DNA of 64,000 nt from the IMG/VR virus record IMGVR_UViG_3300035180_000246, positions 9,859 through 73,858 of that record; one strand, given 5' to 3'. The notes below the pieces were generated by a model that made no database searches, had not been told where the DNA came from, and worked only from the letters and a program-made list of their open reading frames with translations. Shown here one piece after another: positions 19,085 through 26,765 of the stretch. Position numbers and translations under genes: made by a program. Source of the DNA: a virus. The first letter of the stretch is position 1. The number at the start of each line of letters is the position of its first letter.

Positions 19085-19363
19085 CTACCATCCCATTGCC
19101 TGTTTCCAGTTATGGTCTTGTATTAGAGCATAACGTTTATCAGCAGCTTCAATCTCATCTACGCTGTATTCTAGATAGTACCAAGATATAAACTCATCTA
19201 GATTACCTATAAACCTACTGTTCCTGGTAAAAAGTAATGAAATATTCCCTTCAGTTAATGCAGCTGGATTCATAGGTGTAAAGGTTGAGGCAATTATATG
19301 CTTTACAACATCTTCACTAATGCAAAGGTACTCACCTAACGCTTTAGCTGTAAATGTACTCAT
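19085..19363 (-). CDS. Accessory family C member
   Basis: Paralogue of 18489..18791. Confidence 0.8.
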   Translation of the reverse strand: MSTFTAKALGEYLCISEDVVKHIIASTFTPMNPAALTEGNISLLFTRNSRFIGNLDEFISWYYLEYSVDEIEAADKRYALIQDHNWKQAMGW

Positions 19364-19470
19364 TGGCTTACACCTACAATTAGGTACATACCGACAGCAA
19401 TGATAGTCATCAGTACACTAACAACCTCACAATGGTGGTTAACTACTAATCGATTAATAAACTTACTCAT
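19360..19470 (-). CDS. Small membrane protein (36 aa, not in the ORF track)
   Basis: MSKFINRLVVNHHCEVVSVLMTIIAVGMYLIVGVSQ; AAGGA ribosome-binding site; ATGA overlap with the next gene. Confidence 0.65.
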   Translation of the reverse strand: MSKFINRLVVNHHCEVVSVLMTIIAVGMYLIVGVSQ

Positions 19471-19522
19471 ATAGCATCCTTTAATTATTCATTAGATAGT
19501 AATTATTGTAATTACTAGATAG

Positions 19523-19567
19523 AAAAAAAAAAATACTACACAACCTACCTAAGTAGATCATGTAGTA
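19523..19567 (-). terminator. Intrinsic terminator
   Basis: Minus strand TACTACATGATCTAC-TTAG-GTAGGTTGTGTAGTA followed by T11. Confidence 0.85.
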
Positions 19568-19574
19568 AATTAGA

Positions 19575-19820
19575 TTAAGCTGAAGCTAAATTAGAGTCTT
19601 CCTGTTCTGGTTTACTCATCTCTTTAGCATAAGCCAATAGACCAATAAAGCCAGCAATCGCAGCCCATACTGCTACAACAGATAGCTTAACACTTGATAC
19701 TAGATAGCTTGTAATACTTTGATTTTCAAGGACATCTAGTGTATTACCTACACCATTTGCGTTATAAGCTTCGCTTGCAATTGAAGTAGTCTTAATACTT
19801 TTTACTTGTCGAGTCGCCAT
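19575..19820 (-). CDS. Early single-TM membrane protein, paralogue of 23266..23493
   Basis: KSIKTTSIAS.AY.A.GV..TLDVLE..SI..Y.VSS.KLS shared; track start 19832, likely start 19820. Confidence 0.8.
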   Translation of the reverse strand: MATRQVKSIKTTSIASEAYNANGVGNTLDVLENQSITSYLVSSVKLSVVAVWAAIAGFIGLLAYAKEMSKPEQEDSNLASA

Positions 19821-19842
19821 TTTATTCACCATAATTTAGATT

Positions 19843-19889
19843 AAAAAAAAAAAAACAGTAGAGACTAAGGCTTTCGCCCTAATCTCTAC
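19843..19889 (-). terminator. Intrinsic terminator downstream of the RNAP gene
   Basis: GTAGAGATTAGGGC-GAAA-GCCTTAGTCTCTAC, then TG and T13. Confidence 0.9.
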
Positions 19890-19941
19890 CATTAAATAGT
19901 ACTCTATGTATAATCAGGTTATATCTAGTACATGTACTGTA

Positions 19942-21678
19942 CTAACTCAATGCATACTCTGAATTAAGAATATCAAGATGCAGATCGTTAGAGAGTTTAT
20001 CAAGCTTAACAGGATACCCTGCTAGATCACTTATAATGCTCTCTAGTAGATTGCTCTGAGCTAAACGAGCTAACACCTCTTTAAAGATGTTGCGCATCGC
20101 CTTAGCGTTATTAGGATGACATACAAAGCTGTCATGAATATGAGCAACTTCGAAATCGCATGATCTAATTAACTCTCTTGCAACGTATGCATCCACAGAG
20201 TGAGTAACGTTAGCCCAAATATGCAATTTACTACCAGACGGTTTATTAACTAACTCTTGGTAGTCAAAGAACACATTCTCAGCCAAGTTAACTCGGGTAG
20301 TCTCAGATACTTGGGTTCTAACGCAAGCTGTATGACCATCTGGTAATGTCCATACAAACTCTGCTTTGTCTTCCCAAATGCTATCAATAACATTCATGAA
20401 TGCTTCAGCACCCTTGAAGCCTACAGCTAGAGCCTTATAGAAAGCTTTTAACTGAGCATCGTTAAATGCCTTTCTTGGACTACCAATGCTACCGTACCAG
20501 TGAGTCATCAGCGGTTTCTTAACTAACTCACGATCTACATGATCATTAGGAGCTAGTTGAGCATTCATTAACGCTACCAGATACGTATAAACGTCCTCAC
20601 GTTTACCTGTATTGGTTAAGTTAACTTTAGTAGCTGTCTCTTTACAGCCTGTAAGTACAGCAAGGCACTGTAAGCCTGAAGCTGTGCAATCCCACATAGT
20701 AGGAATGCCAACAGGTAAACCATTAACAGCATCAAAGTATGCATTAACAGCTTTCGTATAGAGGACAGGCTCAGCAATATCAGCAAGGTCAATAGACATA
20801 TCGTCACCATTAAAGGTAACAGTTTTAGCTATTAACTGCTGTCCTTTAATTTTACGGTCAGCCCAAGACAATTTATCAAAACCTGCTGTATTAGCTACCC
20901 AGCATAAGAGTTCCTCTACAGCATCTTTGGTACATACTTCTTTGTTAGAGAAGCTTAATAGAGCTTTATGATATTCAGAGCTTTGAAGATTTACTTCATA
21001 ACCCTTAGAGTACATTCTACCTCTGCTATCGTAGTTCCACATAAAGTGAAATTTGTTACCTAAGAGTTGAGCAGTAATGTCCACAGATTTGTCCCAAGAA
21101 TAACTAGTAGTATCTTTGAAATTACTAGCTATATCTAAGTCGATCTCCCAAGAGATATCCTGCAATTTGTTAATTACATCAACACTTACAGGATACTCAT
21201 GCTGGTTTTCATGACCTAATACTAAGTCATGTTTAATAGACAAGTAGCCTCCACTCTTTCCTAGTTTATTCCACTTACGTGGTTTAACAAGTAATGGTGG
21301 TAGTACTGTTGTGATACTGAATTGTCTTAATAACTCATTAGGTAACTTAACTAAAGGCTTTAACACGATGTTACCAGCACCGTGATTTACCAATGAGTAG
21401 TAGCCTGAAGATGTAAAGCTCATGATTACTTCTGTAGCAGAAGTTAAATCCATACCAGCATGGATCAGACTGTTTACTACAGACTGAATTGGGATGTTCT
21501 TACCTAGTCCAGACAGTACATTTACGAGTACTATCTCTTCTGGTTCAGTAATGCTTAGTTCCAACTCTTGAATGTACATCTTAACCTTATTCTTAATCAG
21601 TCTCTTAGAGTACTTGTCCTCTAAGTCTAATTGTCTAACATAGTTGTTATCGCTATTCATATTAAGATTCCTGTTCAA
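19942..21678 (-). CDS. T7-superfamily RNA polymerase (N4 RNAP II equivalent) encoded as one chain
   Basis: YDSRGRMY (DxxGR), motif A WDCTASGLQ, motif B RELVKKPLMTHWYGS, ANVTHSVDA, motif C HIHDSF; likely start 21660. Confidence 0.95.
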   Translation of the reverse strand: MNRNLNMNSDNNYVRQLDLEDKYSKRLIKNKVKMYIQELELSITEPEEIVLVNVLSGLGKNIPIQSVVNSLIHAGMDLTSATEVIMSFTSSGYYSLVNHGAGNIVLKPLVKLPNELLRQFSITTVLPPLLVKPRKWNKLGKSGGYLSIKHDLVLGHENQHEYPVSVDVINKLQDISWEIDLDIASNFKDTTSYSWDKSVDITAQLLGNKFHFMWNYDSRGRMYSKGYEVNLQSSEYHKALLSFSNKEVCTKDAVEELLCWVANTAGFDKLSWADRKIKGQQLIAKTVTFNGDDMSIDLADIAEPVLYTKAVNAYFDAVNGLPVGIPTMWDCTASGLQCLAVLTGCKETATKVNLTNTGKREDVYTYLVALMNAQLAPNDHVDRELVKKPLMTHWYGSIGSPRKAFNDAQLKAFYKALAVGFKGAEAFMNVIDSIWEDKAEFVWTLPDGHTACVRTQVSETTRVNLAENVFFDYQELVNKPSGSKLHIWANVTHSVDAYVARELIRSCDFEVAHIHDSFVCHPNNAKAMRNIFKEVLARLAQSNLLESIISDLAGYPVKLDKLSNDLHLDILNSEYALS

Positions 21679-21689
21679 ATTAAAGGATT

Positions 21690-21722
21690 AAAAAATAGAC
21701 ATACCCTTAACAGGTATGCCTA
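21690..21722 (-). terminator. Intrinsic terminator immediately upstream of the RNAP gene
   Basis: TAGGCATACC-TGTTAAG-GGTATGTCTA followed by T6. Confidence 0.8.
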
Positions 21723-21737
21723 AATATGTGAGAAGAA

Positions 21738-21857
21738 TTATAGACTTAACTGAGTCAAGTCAAATTCTTCCCACTCGAATTCATACTCAGATTCACATAC
21801 TGAATCAGTATTAAAGTTCAGCTCTAACATGAGAGCATAAATATCATCGTAATCCAT
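21738..21857 (-). CDS. 39-aa highly acidic early microprotein (not in the ORF track)
   Basis: MDYDDIYALMLELNFNTDSVCESEYEFEWEEFDLTQLSL; TAAGGAG ribosome-binding site; followed by a terminator. Confidence 0.75.
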   Translation of the reverse strand: MDYDDIYALMLELNFNTDSVCESEYEFEWEEFDLTQLSL

Positions 21858-21925
21858 TTGATTACTCCTTAATTAAGATTGAAATAACTATTGAACAGTT
21901 TTAAGACTTGTTCAGGTCTCAAGAG

Positions 21926-22252
21926 TTAAGATTTCTTAGCCATTAGCTCCTTAATGCTAGGCTTAGAATTAATACGAGCTTGTTGCTCCTCTTTAGAGAT
22001 TAACTCTTTAACAGTATCAAGGGTGCAGTTCTTTAGAAACCACAACACTTCTTCTTCACTTTCAGCAGTGAAGTCACTGTTTTTGTTAAACTGTTCAAGA
22101 TCAACACGCAATAACACGCCCATTACTGGACGGATAGACCCGTCTTCATGCGCTGTCGCCAGCGAAAAGGTCTTGAACTCAGACTTGGCATTGCTAACAG
22201 CTTGTAAGCCAGTAGTTGAAGCAGAAACAGAAGCTAAATTGATTGTACGCAT
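21926..22252 (-). CDS. Early protein, possibly an N4 gp2-like RNAP II cofactor by position only
   Basis: AAGGA ribosome-binding site; early position near RNAP II; function not recognisable from sequence. Confidence 0.6.
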   Translation of the reverse strand: MRTINLASVSASTTGLQAVSNAKSEFKTFSLATAHEDGSIRPVMGVLLRVDLEQFNKNSDFTAESEEEVLWFLKNCTLDTVKELISKEEQQARINSKPSIKELMAKKS

Positions 22253-22310
22253 GATGAAGTCCTTTGAGCATATTGCTCATTAATTAAGATTGAAACAAAT
22301 AAAACAAATA

Positions 22311-22367
22311 GATACAGAGAATCTGCATCAAAAAAGAAAGAGCAACAGTTCAATACACACTGCTCTT
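22311..22367 (-). promoter_or_regulatory. Candidate vRNAP early promoter, copy 3
   Basis: Plus (template) strand ATCTGCATCAAAAAAGAAAGAGCA, repeated at 22897; flanked by hairpins GATACAGA-GAA-TCTGCATC and AAGAGCA..TGCTCTT. Confidence 0.55.
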
Positions 22368-22403
22368 GAGATATAACACAGTAAAGTGTGTAATTAGATG
22401 AGT

Positions 22404-22430
22404 AAAAAAGTAACTCCCCAAAGGGAGTTA
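22404..22430 (-). terminator. Intrinsic terminator
   Basis: TAACTCCC-TTTG-GGGAGTTA followed by CTTTTTT. Confidence 0.85.
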
Positions 22431-22445
22431 GCTTGGGAAAGGGAG

Positions 22446-22835
22446 TTAACAGATTTGCATCTTACTCCCTAATGTATGCATCATTTCGATATACTCTTCG
22501 AAGAAGCATCTTGGAATTTGCATATTACATACTACCATCTTGGTATGTAAAGCAAAGGCTTGATTGAACGCGCTAGAATACCTGTCAAGGTATCCTACAA
22601 GCCTTTTAATACGTATTTCTCTATACGGATCATTGAAATTATTGACCCATGATAGGTCAAGAATAACTTTATGACTTAACCCTAAACGGGCTAAGGAATG
22701 AGGGCAGAACTCTGCCACATGTACTTCTTCAAATGTAGCTAGTGCATTTGAGTAGTATCCTGCATGATCGCCACAAAGAATATCACTTTTTAGGTGATGA
22801 GCTAAAGCCAATGGTACGAACACTTCGTATTTCAT
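22446..22835 (-). CDS. Early hypothetical protein
   Basis: AGGAGG ribosome-binding site; own upstream motif and downstream terminator. Confidence 0.75.
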   Translation of the reverse strand: MKYEVFVPLALAHHLKSDILCGDHAGYYSNALATFEEVHVAEFCPHSLARLGLSHKVILDLSWVNNFNDPYREIRIKRLVGYLDRYSSAFNQAFALHTKMVVCNMQIPRCFFEEYIEMMHTLGSKMQIC

Positions 22836-22881
22836 ATAACCTCCTAGGTTATTTTAAGATTTGAGAAAGAATTAGAGAATT

Positions 22882-22921
22882 AATACAGACTTGTTTATCT
22901 GCATCCAATAAAGAAAGAGCA
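22882..22921 (-). promoter_or_regulatory. Candidate vRNAP early promoter, copy 2
   Basis: Plus strand AATACAGAC-TTGTTT-ATCTGCATCCAATAAAGAAAGAGCA. Confidence 0.55.
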
Positions 22922-23063
22922 CTAGTACTATTTACGCTGATCTATGGGTATAGCTAAGTGTATAAATGATTACCTATAGTTATAGGTAGTATTTAGGATT
23001 ACTGAAAAGTGAATATGTGCTTTGTCTTAAGGGTGAGTTAAGGATAATTCTAGGTATAGTTAG

Positions 23064-23166
23064 TAACACTGATTAACAGTAACAATTAATTGTTAACACT
23101 TGTAACACTTATAACAGTACTGACAGCAGTAGCAGTAGCCCTACTAGCCCTAACAGTAGTAACAGT
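23064..23166. repeat. Array of TAACA(C/G/A)T heptamers
   Basis: Copies at 23064, 23074, 23080, 23094, 23103, 23112, 23151 and 23160, with variants at 23121 and 23130; 16-bp palindrome at 23080-23095. Confidence 0.8.
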
Positions 23167-23228
23167 GATAGTACCCTCTCTCGATGTACTGGATTGTGTG
23201 TGTGTGTGTTGTGTGTGTTTTTGTTTGG

Positions 23229-23260
23229 AAAAAAAAAATACCCCACCCGAAGGTGAGGAT
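23229..23260 (-). terminator. Intrinsic terminator with a UUCG loop
   Basis: TCCTCACC-TTCG-GGTGGGG followed by TA and T10. Confidence 0.9.
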
Positions 23261-23265
23261 TTAGA

Positions 23266-23493
23266 TTAGTCTTGCTTTTTGCTAAGCTCTTTGAGGTATA
23301 CAACGGTTGCAATAGAGCCTGCGATTAAGGCCCAAAAACCTACAATACTTAACTTAGCAGAGCTTACGATATAAGCCCAGATACTAGCTGACTCTAGAAC
23401 GTCTAGCGTTGGAGCTACTCCGTCAGCTTGGTAAGCTTGAGACGCAATGCTAGATGTTTTAACAGACTTGATAGTACGAGTTGTAGTAGCCAT
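23266..23493 (-). CDS. First early gene: single-TM membrane protein
   Basis: AAGGA ribosome-binding site; paralogue of 19575..19820. Confidence 0.8.
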   Translation of the reverse strand: MATTTRTIKSVKTSSIASQAYQADGVAPTLDVLESASIWAYIVSSAKLSIVGFWALIAGSIATVVYLKELSKKQD

Positions 23494-23517
23494 GATGATT
23501 GTCCTTAAGATTAATGC

Positions 23518-23558
23518 GGCAAGATTGCCAATAAAGAAAGTAATGCTTAAGAATTACT
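23518..23558 (-). promoter_or_regulatory. Candidate vRNAP early promoter, copy 1
   Basis: Hairpin GGCAA-GA-TTGCC overlapping CCAATAAAGAAAG, then inverted repeat AGTAAT..ATTACT. Confidence 0.45.
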
Positions 23559-23615
23559 CCATAAGTAAGATATGGGGGGGGGTATACCAGGCTAATCACT
23601 CTCAGAATGATAGTA

Positions 23616-23695
23616 ATACACTCGTACCAAAATTATAAAAGTTGTAAAAACCTGTGATACACTCATACCAAAAATAAAAAATTCCAAAAAACCTG
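23616..23695. repeat. Two imperfect tandem repeats (period 41 bp) upstream of the terminase genes
   Basis: ATACACTCRTACCAAAA...AAAAACCTG at 23616 and 23657. Confidence 0.75.
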
Positions 23696-23701
23696 AAAAA
23701 G

Positions 23702-23731
23702 TTGACTATAACCTATCCTTAATGCTATCTT
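23702..23731 (+). promoter_or_regulatory. Sigma70-type late promoter
   Basis: TTGACT-N18-TATCTT with an extended -10 TG, 27 nt before the ATG. Confidence 0.6.
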
Positions 23732-23758
23732 ATAAACATCAGGTATAAAGGAACATTT

Positions 23759-24484
23759 ATGGAACAAGAAGTATTAGAGTCACAGGTAGCTACCACTACT
23801 ATCAGTGACGATCTACTCAAGAACAGCTTACCTAAGCATCTAAGAGGGTTAGTTACTGACTCCTTGGTTTCTACTGTTAACAGTATTGCTAATACAGATG
23901 GAGTAATGAGAGAAAGCTTTAGAGATAATCTCATTGGTTACATGCATGTATTGCAAGATGGTAAGTATAAGATTCAAGATTATATTAGTGCTGTAAGATA
24001 CTGCAGCTATAGACTAATGGGTAGAGGTATTAGTGATAGTTATCGTAGTACATTCCCAGATAGATATGCTAGACTAATTCAAGAAGGTGCTAGTGCTAAT
24101 CATGTTAGTGGGTTTGCTAGTGCTTATAATAAGAATAAGTTAGTTAATCTTATTATGGAACAGAGTTTAATACCTACTTATGTATTGAACCAAGACATCT
24201 ATCAAGAAGCTATTAATGTACAAGCAGAACTAATGAGATCAGCTACTAGCGAGAAGGTTAGGAGTGATGCTGCTAATAGTTTACTGACTCATCTTAAACA
24301 ACCTGAGACTAGAAAGATTGAGATTGAGATGGGTGTTAAAGAGAGTAAGAGTATTGATGAATTAAGAGAAGCTACTAGAGCGTTAGCTCAAGCACAGTTA
24401 GTTGCTATTAATGCTGGCACAATGAGTGTAGTTGATGTAGCTCATAGTAAAATTATCCAAGGTACATGTGAGGAGCATGAGTGA
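23759..24484 (+). CDS. N4 gp69-like protein (putative terminase small subunit)
   Basis: YISAVRY.SY, TFPDRY, SAYNKNKLVNLI.EQ, SEKVRSDAANSLLTHLK; lies upstream of terL. Confidence 0.8.
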   Translation: MEQEVLESQVATTTISDDLLKNSLPKHLRGLVTDSLVSTVNSIANTDGVMRESFRDNLIGYMHVLQDGKYKIQDYISAVRYCSYRLMGRGISDSYRSTFPDRYARLIQEGASANHVSGFASAYNKNKLVNLIMEQSLIPTYVLNQDIYQEAINVQAELMRSATSEKVRSDAANSLLTHLKQPETRKIEIEMGVKESKSIDELREATRALAQAQLVAINAGTMSVVDVAHSKIIQGTCEEHE

Positions 24485-24834
24485 TGTTAAAACATAAAGC
24501 TGTTAACTTATTTCTAGAAAAGTTTAGGAATACAAGTGAGGTTAGAGATATAGCTTCTAAGACTAGTAAAGTTATGTTAAAAGAAATTACTTTAGATAAT
24601 CTAGAAGATATTACTAGGATCATGCGATATAACGCTAACGGTTCTGTGTATATGCCTATTGTAGAAGAGTTTGATTTAGAAGGTAAAGTTGCTAAATGCG
24701 GTATGGTACTGGTAAATTATAAAGAAGATCTTCTTGGTTTATATTTAGGTATTGGGTACTTTGATGTACCTGAAGAAGGTACAATATTAATAATCAATAA
24801 AGAAAATTTAGATCTACTGTATCCCTTGGTTTAA
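24481..24834 (+). CDS. Hypothetical protein between the terminase genes
   Basis: GAGGAG ribosome-binding site; 117 aa. Confidence 0.7.
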   Translation: MMLKHKAVNLFLEKFRNTSEVRDIASKTSKVMLKEITLDNLEDITRIMRYNANGSVYMPIVEEFDLEGKVAKCGMVLVNYKEDLLGLYLGIGYFDVPEEGTILIINKENLDLLYPLV

Positions 24835-24860
24835 CTGTTCTTTTATGTGGAGACTGATGA

Positions 24861-26447
24861 TTGATGAATAAACCTATAAAGCAATCTGTAGAGCATTGGC
24901 TTAATCAAGTTGATTACGGTGATGATATTAACTACGTCCCTAGTGAGTTCTCACTAGAGTTTGTTAACTTTATTAAGTTGGTTAATGGTACTGAAGGGGA
25001 AGAGAACTTAACTCCTATCATCCATTATAAGATGTTGGATCAGATTGCTGGAGGTAAGTCTAACACACTTAACATGTTGTTTCGTGGTTCAGGTAAGACT
25101 ACTGTATTTGGTGAGTATATGTTCTTATACCTTGCTACTTATGGGGAATTACCTGACTTCGGGAGAATTGATCTAGCTATCTATGTTAGTGATAGTGTAG
25201 AGAACGGTGTAAAGAATATGAGGAAGAACTTAGAGTTTAGGTGGGAGAATAGTGAGTTTTTACAGCAGTATGTCCCTGAAGCTAAGTTTACTGATATTAG
25301 ATGGGAGTTTATTAATAAAGACGGGAAGAGGCTTATCATCAAAGGGTATGGTGCATTAACTGGGGTTCGCGGTAGTAAAGAGATGGGTAAGAGACCTAAC
25401 TTTGCACTACTAGATGACTTGGTTTCCGATGATGGTGCTAGAAGTCCTACAATTACAGCCAGTATTGAAGATACTGTATACAAGGCTATTGATTATGCAT
25501 TACATCCCACAAGACGTAAAATTATTTGGAACGGTACTCCGTTCAACAGCAACGATCCTTTATACAAAGCTGCAGAATCTGGTGCATGGCATGTCAACGT
25601 GTTTCCTGTGTGTAACACTTTCCCGTGCAGTCCAGAAGAGTTTAGAGGAGCGTGGGAAGATCGATTTACATATGAGTATGTTAGAACTCAATATGATAAA
25701 GCAGTCCTTGCAGGGAAGGTAGATAGCTTCATGCAAGAGTTAATGTTAAGAATTATTAGTGATGATGATAGGTTAGTCTTCGATCATGACTTAGTGTGGT
25801 ACGATTCTAAGAGAGTTCAGCAGAATAAAGAAAGGTTTAACTTCTATATTACTACTGACTTTGCTACTAGTGAAGGTAAGGCTAGTGACTTTAGTGTTAT
25901 AAGCGTATGGGCTTACAATAATAATGGTGACTGGTTACTAGTAGACGGTATCTGTGCTAGGCAGTTAATGGATAAGAATATTGATGATCTATTTAGATTG
26001 GCTCAGATGTATAGACCTCAACAGGTAGGTATTGAGGTATCTGGTCAGCAGGGAGGTTTTATCTCTTGGATCTATGATCAGATGGCTACTAGAAACATTT
26101 ACTTTACTTTGGCTAGTGAAAATAATAATGGTAGAGCAGGTATTAGACCAGCCACTAATAAGATGGAAAGATTCAACGTAGTACTTCCTTGGTTTAAAAC
26201 TAAGAAGATTTGGCTACCAGAGGATATGCGTGAGCATCCTTTAGTGTTAGAATTATTGGAAGAATTGAAATATGCTTCACCTAAAGGGTTTAAGAGTAAA
26301 CATGATGATGCTATCGATACGGTATCTATGTTAGCTAAACTAACTCCTTGGAAGCCTACAGAAGAGACTGTAAATACAAAGACAGGTGATATGTTTGAAG
26401 ATGAGCCTGAGTTGACTGGTGGAGCTTATAGCTCGTACATTGTATAA
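24861..26447 (+). CDS. terL: Terminase large subunit (N4 gp68-like)
   Basis: FRGSGKTT Walker A, ALLDDL Walker B, GTPF, nuclease TTDFATSE..SDFSVI, KHDDAID. Confidence 0.96.
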   Translation: MMNKPIKQSVEHWLNQVDYGDDINYVPSEFSLEFVNFIKLVNGTEGEENLTPIIHYKMLDQIAGGKSNTLNMLFRGSGKTTVFGEYMFLYLATYGELPDFGRIDLAIYVSDSVENGVKNMRKNLEFRWENSEFLQQYVPEAKFTDIRWEFINKDGKRLIIKGYGALTGVRGSKEMGKRPNFALLDDLVSDDGARSPTITASIEDTVYKAIDYALHPTRRKIIWNGTPFNSNDPLYKAAESGAWHVNVFPVCNTFPCSPEEFRGAWEDRFTYEYVRTQYDKAVLAGKVDSFMQELMLRIISDDDRLVFDHDLVWYDSKRVQQNKERFNFYITTDFATSEGKASDFSVISVWAYNNNGDWLLVDGICARQLMDKNIDDLFRLAQMYRPQQVGIEVSGQQGGFISWIYDQMATRNIYFTLASENNNGRAGIRPATNKMERFNVVLPWFKTKKIWLPEDMREHPLVLELLEELKYASPKGFKSKHDDAIDTVSMLAKLTPWKPTEETVNTKTGDMFEDEPELTGGAYSSYIV

Positions 26448-26465
26448 GTAAGGATTTTATATACT

Positions 26466-26753
26466 ATGAGCAATGTTTATTATGTAAAACTTAATGCACA
26501 AAATAGAGTACTGAAGAGTAAAGTATATCCTAATACTACATCAGATGCTGTTAAGTTCCCTCCTTCAGATATGATTGATATTACAGATCAAGTAAAAGAT
26601 GGGGTATCACTTTCAAAAGTAGCAGCAAAAGTTGTGAATAATGTCAATAAAGATATGTACTTCATCAATGGAGAATTTATCATTATTGATAGATACTCAT
26701 TCAATGATGCTATAAAGTTAGAAAAATTACTAGAAAGTGGTAATGCAAATTAA
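26466..26753 (+). CDS. Hypothetical protein heading the cupin/AsnB-like cassette
   Basis: AAGGA ribosome-binding site; 95 aa. Confidence 0.7.
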   Translation: MSNVYYVKLNAQNRVLKSKVYPNTTSDAVKFPPSDMIDITDQVKDGVSLSKVAAKVVNNVNKDMYFINGEFIIIDRYSFNDAIKLEKLLESGNAN

Positions 26754-26765
26754 GGGTACTGATCC

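Noticed and set aside
23064-23226. CRISPR array, or the track ORF 23109..23312
   Set aside because: Repeats are 7 bp with no unique spacers; the ORF crosses a terminator and low-complexity DNA
129-26447. Introns, inteins or homing endonucleases in nrdA, nrdB, RNAP or terL; integrase or repressor
   Set aside because: These ORFs are uninterrupted and of ordinary length; no such motifs were seen
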